This document shows, in pieces, positions 61,861 through 64,000 of a stretch of 64,000 nucleotides of DNA. The stretch spans positions 10,594,474 to 10,658,473 of the forward strand of contig NC_057718.1 in assembly GCF_004010195.1 (NCBI RefSeq), written 5' to 3'. Positions within the stretch are counted from its first letter, which is position 1. The number at the start of each line of letters is the position of its first letter. The DNA is from Chiloscyllium plagiosum (lineage: Eukaryota). The translations under genes and the position numbers were made by a program. Under the pieces are notes generated by a model. That model was given only the letters and a program-made list of their open reading frames with translations. It was not told where the DNA came from and made no database searches.

Positions 61861-64000
61861 ATAATGTAAGTTGTGCAGAAAACATTAGTAGGTTACGAAA
61901 GGACACAGGTTAAGTGAATGGGAAGAGACCTGGCATGTAGTGTATTGTGGGAAAAGTGAAATTGTCCATTTTGGCAGGAAGAATAAGAAAAATTATGGAA
62001 ATGGTAAAGGTTGCAGACCTCAGTTGCTAAGGAATTAATTCACAAATGACAGTGAGCAGACAAAGTCTGTCATTCGGAAAGCTAATAGCATACTTTGTAG
62101 TCAATTTACCTGATAAGACATAACAAGGGATATTACATTTCAGTGATATAGGGCATTGGTGAGACCTTTCCAAGAATACTGCAGAGAATTGGTCGCCTTA
62201 AGTAAAGCATTGGAGTCAGTTCAGAGAAGCTTGACTCGACTCCTATGAGAATGGTCAGGCTACCTATATCCAACATGCCCTGTTGGGTTTGCAGCTGCTG
62301 GAAGATTTTTTTGCATGTCTAACAATGGCTTCTACATGCGGAAACTGCTGCTGCACATGGAGCTCTGAGATTTGCATTGTAGAAAACAAAATTAGGGCAC
62401 ATGTTGTTTGTTTTTGCTGGAGCTTAGGGTAAGAAGTAACTATTGATTGAAAATTCAAGATTCTCTGAAGGGTTTTAATTGGGTGATGTCATAGAGATGT
62501 ACAGCATGGAAACAGACCCTTCAGTCCAACCTGTCCATGCCGACCAGATATCACAACCCAATCTAGTCCCACCTGCCAGCACCCGGTCCATATCCCTCCA
62601 AATCCTTCCTATTCATCTACCCATCCAAATGCCTCTTAAATGTTGCAATTGTACCAGCCTCCACCACATCCTCTGGCAGCTCATTCCATACCCGTACCAC
62701 CCTCTGCGTGAAAATATTGCTCCTTAGGTCTCTTTTATATCTTTCCCCTCTCCCCTCTCACCCTAAACCTATGCCTTCTAGTTCTGGACCCCCCCCCCCT
62801 AGGGAAAAGACTTTGCCTATTTACCCTATCCATGCCCCTCATAATTTTGTCAGCCTCTAACGCTCCAGGGAAAACAGCCTCAGCCTGTTCAGCCTCTCCC
62901 TGTAGCTCAAATCTTCCAACCCTGGCAACATTCTTGTAAATCTTTTCTAAACCCTTTCAAGTTTCACAACATCTTTCCAATAGGAAGGAGACCAGAATGG
63001 CACACAATGTTCCAACAGTGGCCTAATCAATGTCCTGTACAGCCGCAACATGACCACCCAACTCCTGTACTCAATACTCTGCCCAATAAAGGAAAGCATA
63101 CCAAACGCTGCCTTCACTATCCTATCTACCTGCGACTCCACTTTTAAGGAGCTATGAACCTACACTCCAAGTCTCTTTGTTCAGCAACACTCCCTAGGAC
63201 CTTACCATGAAGTGTATAAGTCCTGCTAAGATTTGCTTTCCCAAATGCAGCACCTCTCATTTATCTGAATTAAACTCCATCTGCCTCTTCTCAGCCCATT
63301 TGCCCATCTGCTCCAGATCCTGTTGTAATCTGAGGTAACCCTCTTCACTGTCCACTACACCTCCAATTTTGTGTGGAGGATATTTTCTCTTTGATGGAAT
63401 CTGGTCACTGTTATAAAAATAAAGGGTTACTCACTCAAAGTAGGTATGAGAAGGAACATTTTCTGAGGGGAACGAGTGTTTGGAATGCGCTTCCTTGGAA
63501 GGTAGTGAAAGCAAAGTGTTTGTTTTTAAAGCAGAAGGATGGCCTATTAGCAATGCAGTGAAAGGTTGCTGGGGTGGGTGGAAATGTGGAGTAATCGAAT
63601 CAGAAAGATCTTATTGAAAGCTAGAACAGGCTTGAGGGTCTGAATGGCATACTTCTGATTCACATGTTCATATGTATATTTTTGCCAAGACTATTTTGTT
63701 AAAAGTGAAGATATCCCTACAAGTTCATATTCAACTTGCAACTTTTCTTTCTAAATTTCAACCATTTAAGAAGCAGGAAGATTTGAGGCTTGTTCCCAAT
63801 TTTGCTCTTGGTCTAGAATTTATCATTAAATTTATTTTCTTCAAACATTTTTTCCTAAATGTTGTTTCTGTATGATGATATAATTAAACCGAACGTCAAG
63901 TAATGTTGACAGGCTATCTGCTGGGAAAAACTGCAAATATTCCAAATATTCATTATAGAATCAGACAGGATCATTTAAATGATGATCATTACCCTCCCCA

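Larger units (their letters stand above)
60490..63670. mobile_element. Old plus-strand CR1 (ORF1/APE start to 3' end) with a younger minus-strand CR1 at about 62490-63372
   Basis: VLYINAC (APE start); QVDRIVKAAFGMLSFIGQSIEYRSWVVMLRLYRTLIRPLLEHCVPFWSP. Confidence 0.8.

Noticed and set aside
60164..64000. Next NRBP1 exon (LTLLLKLEDKLNR...)
   Set aside because: I found no matching sequence; it presumably lies beyond the window.

Overview
Vertebrate genomic DNA, most likely a cartilaginous fish. That assignment is inferred from the V/HE1-type SINEs, Deu-type SINEs and abundant CR1 and Penelope repeats. The whole window lies inside one + strand gene, NRBP1 (nuclear receptor binding protein 1 pseudokinase). 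I read 10 canonical GT-AG coding exons that splice in frame from AWKRWCTQILSAL to VVQMHCNIEPVDEGAKHH. I also read a 24-nt phase-1 microexon (VFHRIFAN, 26072-26095) that the ORF track misses. The gene start and end lie outside the window. The introns are mostly nested retroelements (CR1, L2-like, SINEs, a solo LTR), plus a Helitron helicase remnant and two assembly gaps. The most striking pattern is at least four Penelope-like (PLE) families carrying minimal hammerhead-ribozyme (HHR) motifs. They are mostly inserted as fold-back elements of about 90 bp to 2.5 kb with 10-16 bp target-site duplications (TSDs) and a repeated architecture of a long arm with a tail plus a short inverted arm without it. 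Repeat boundaries are approximate unless a TSD is given.
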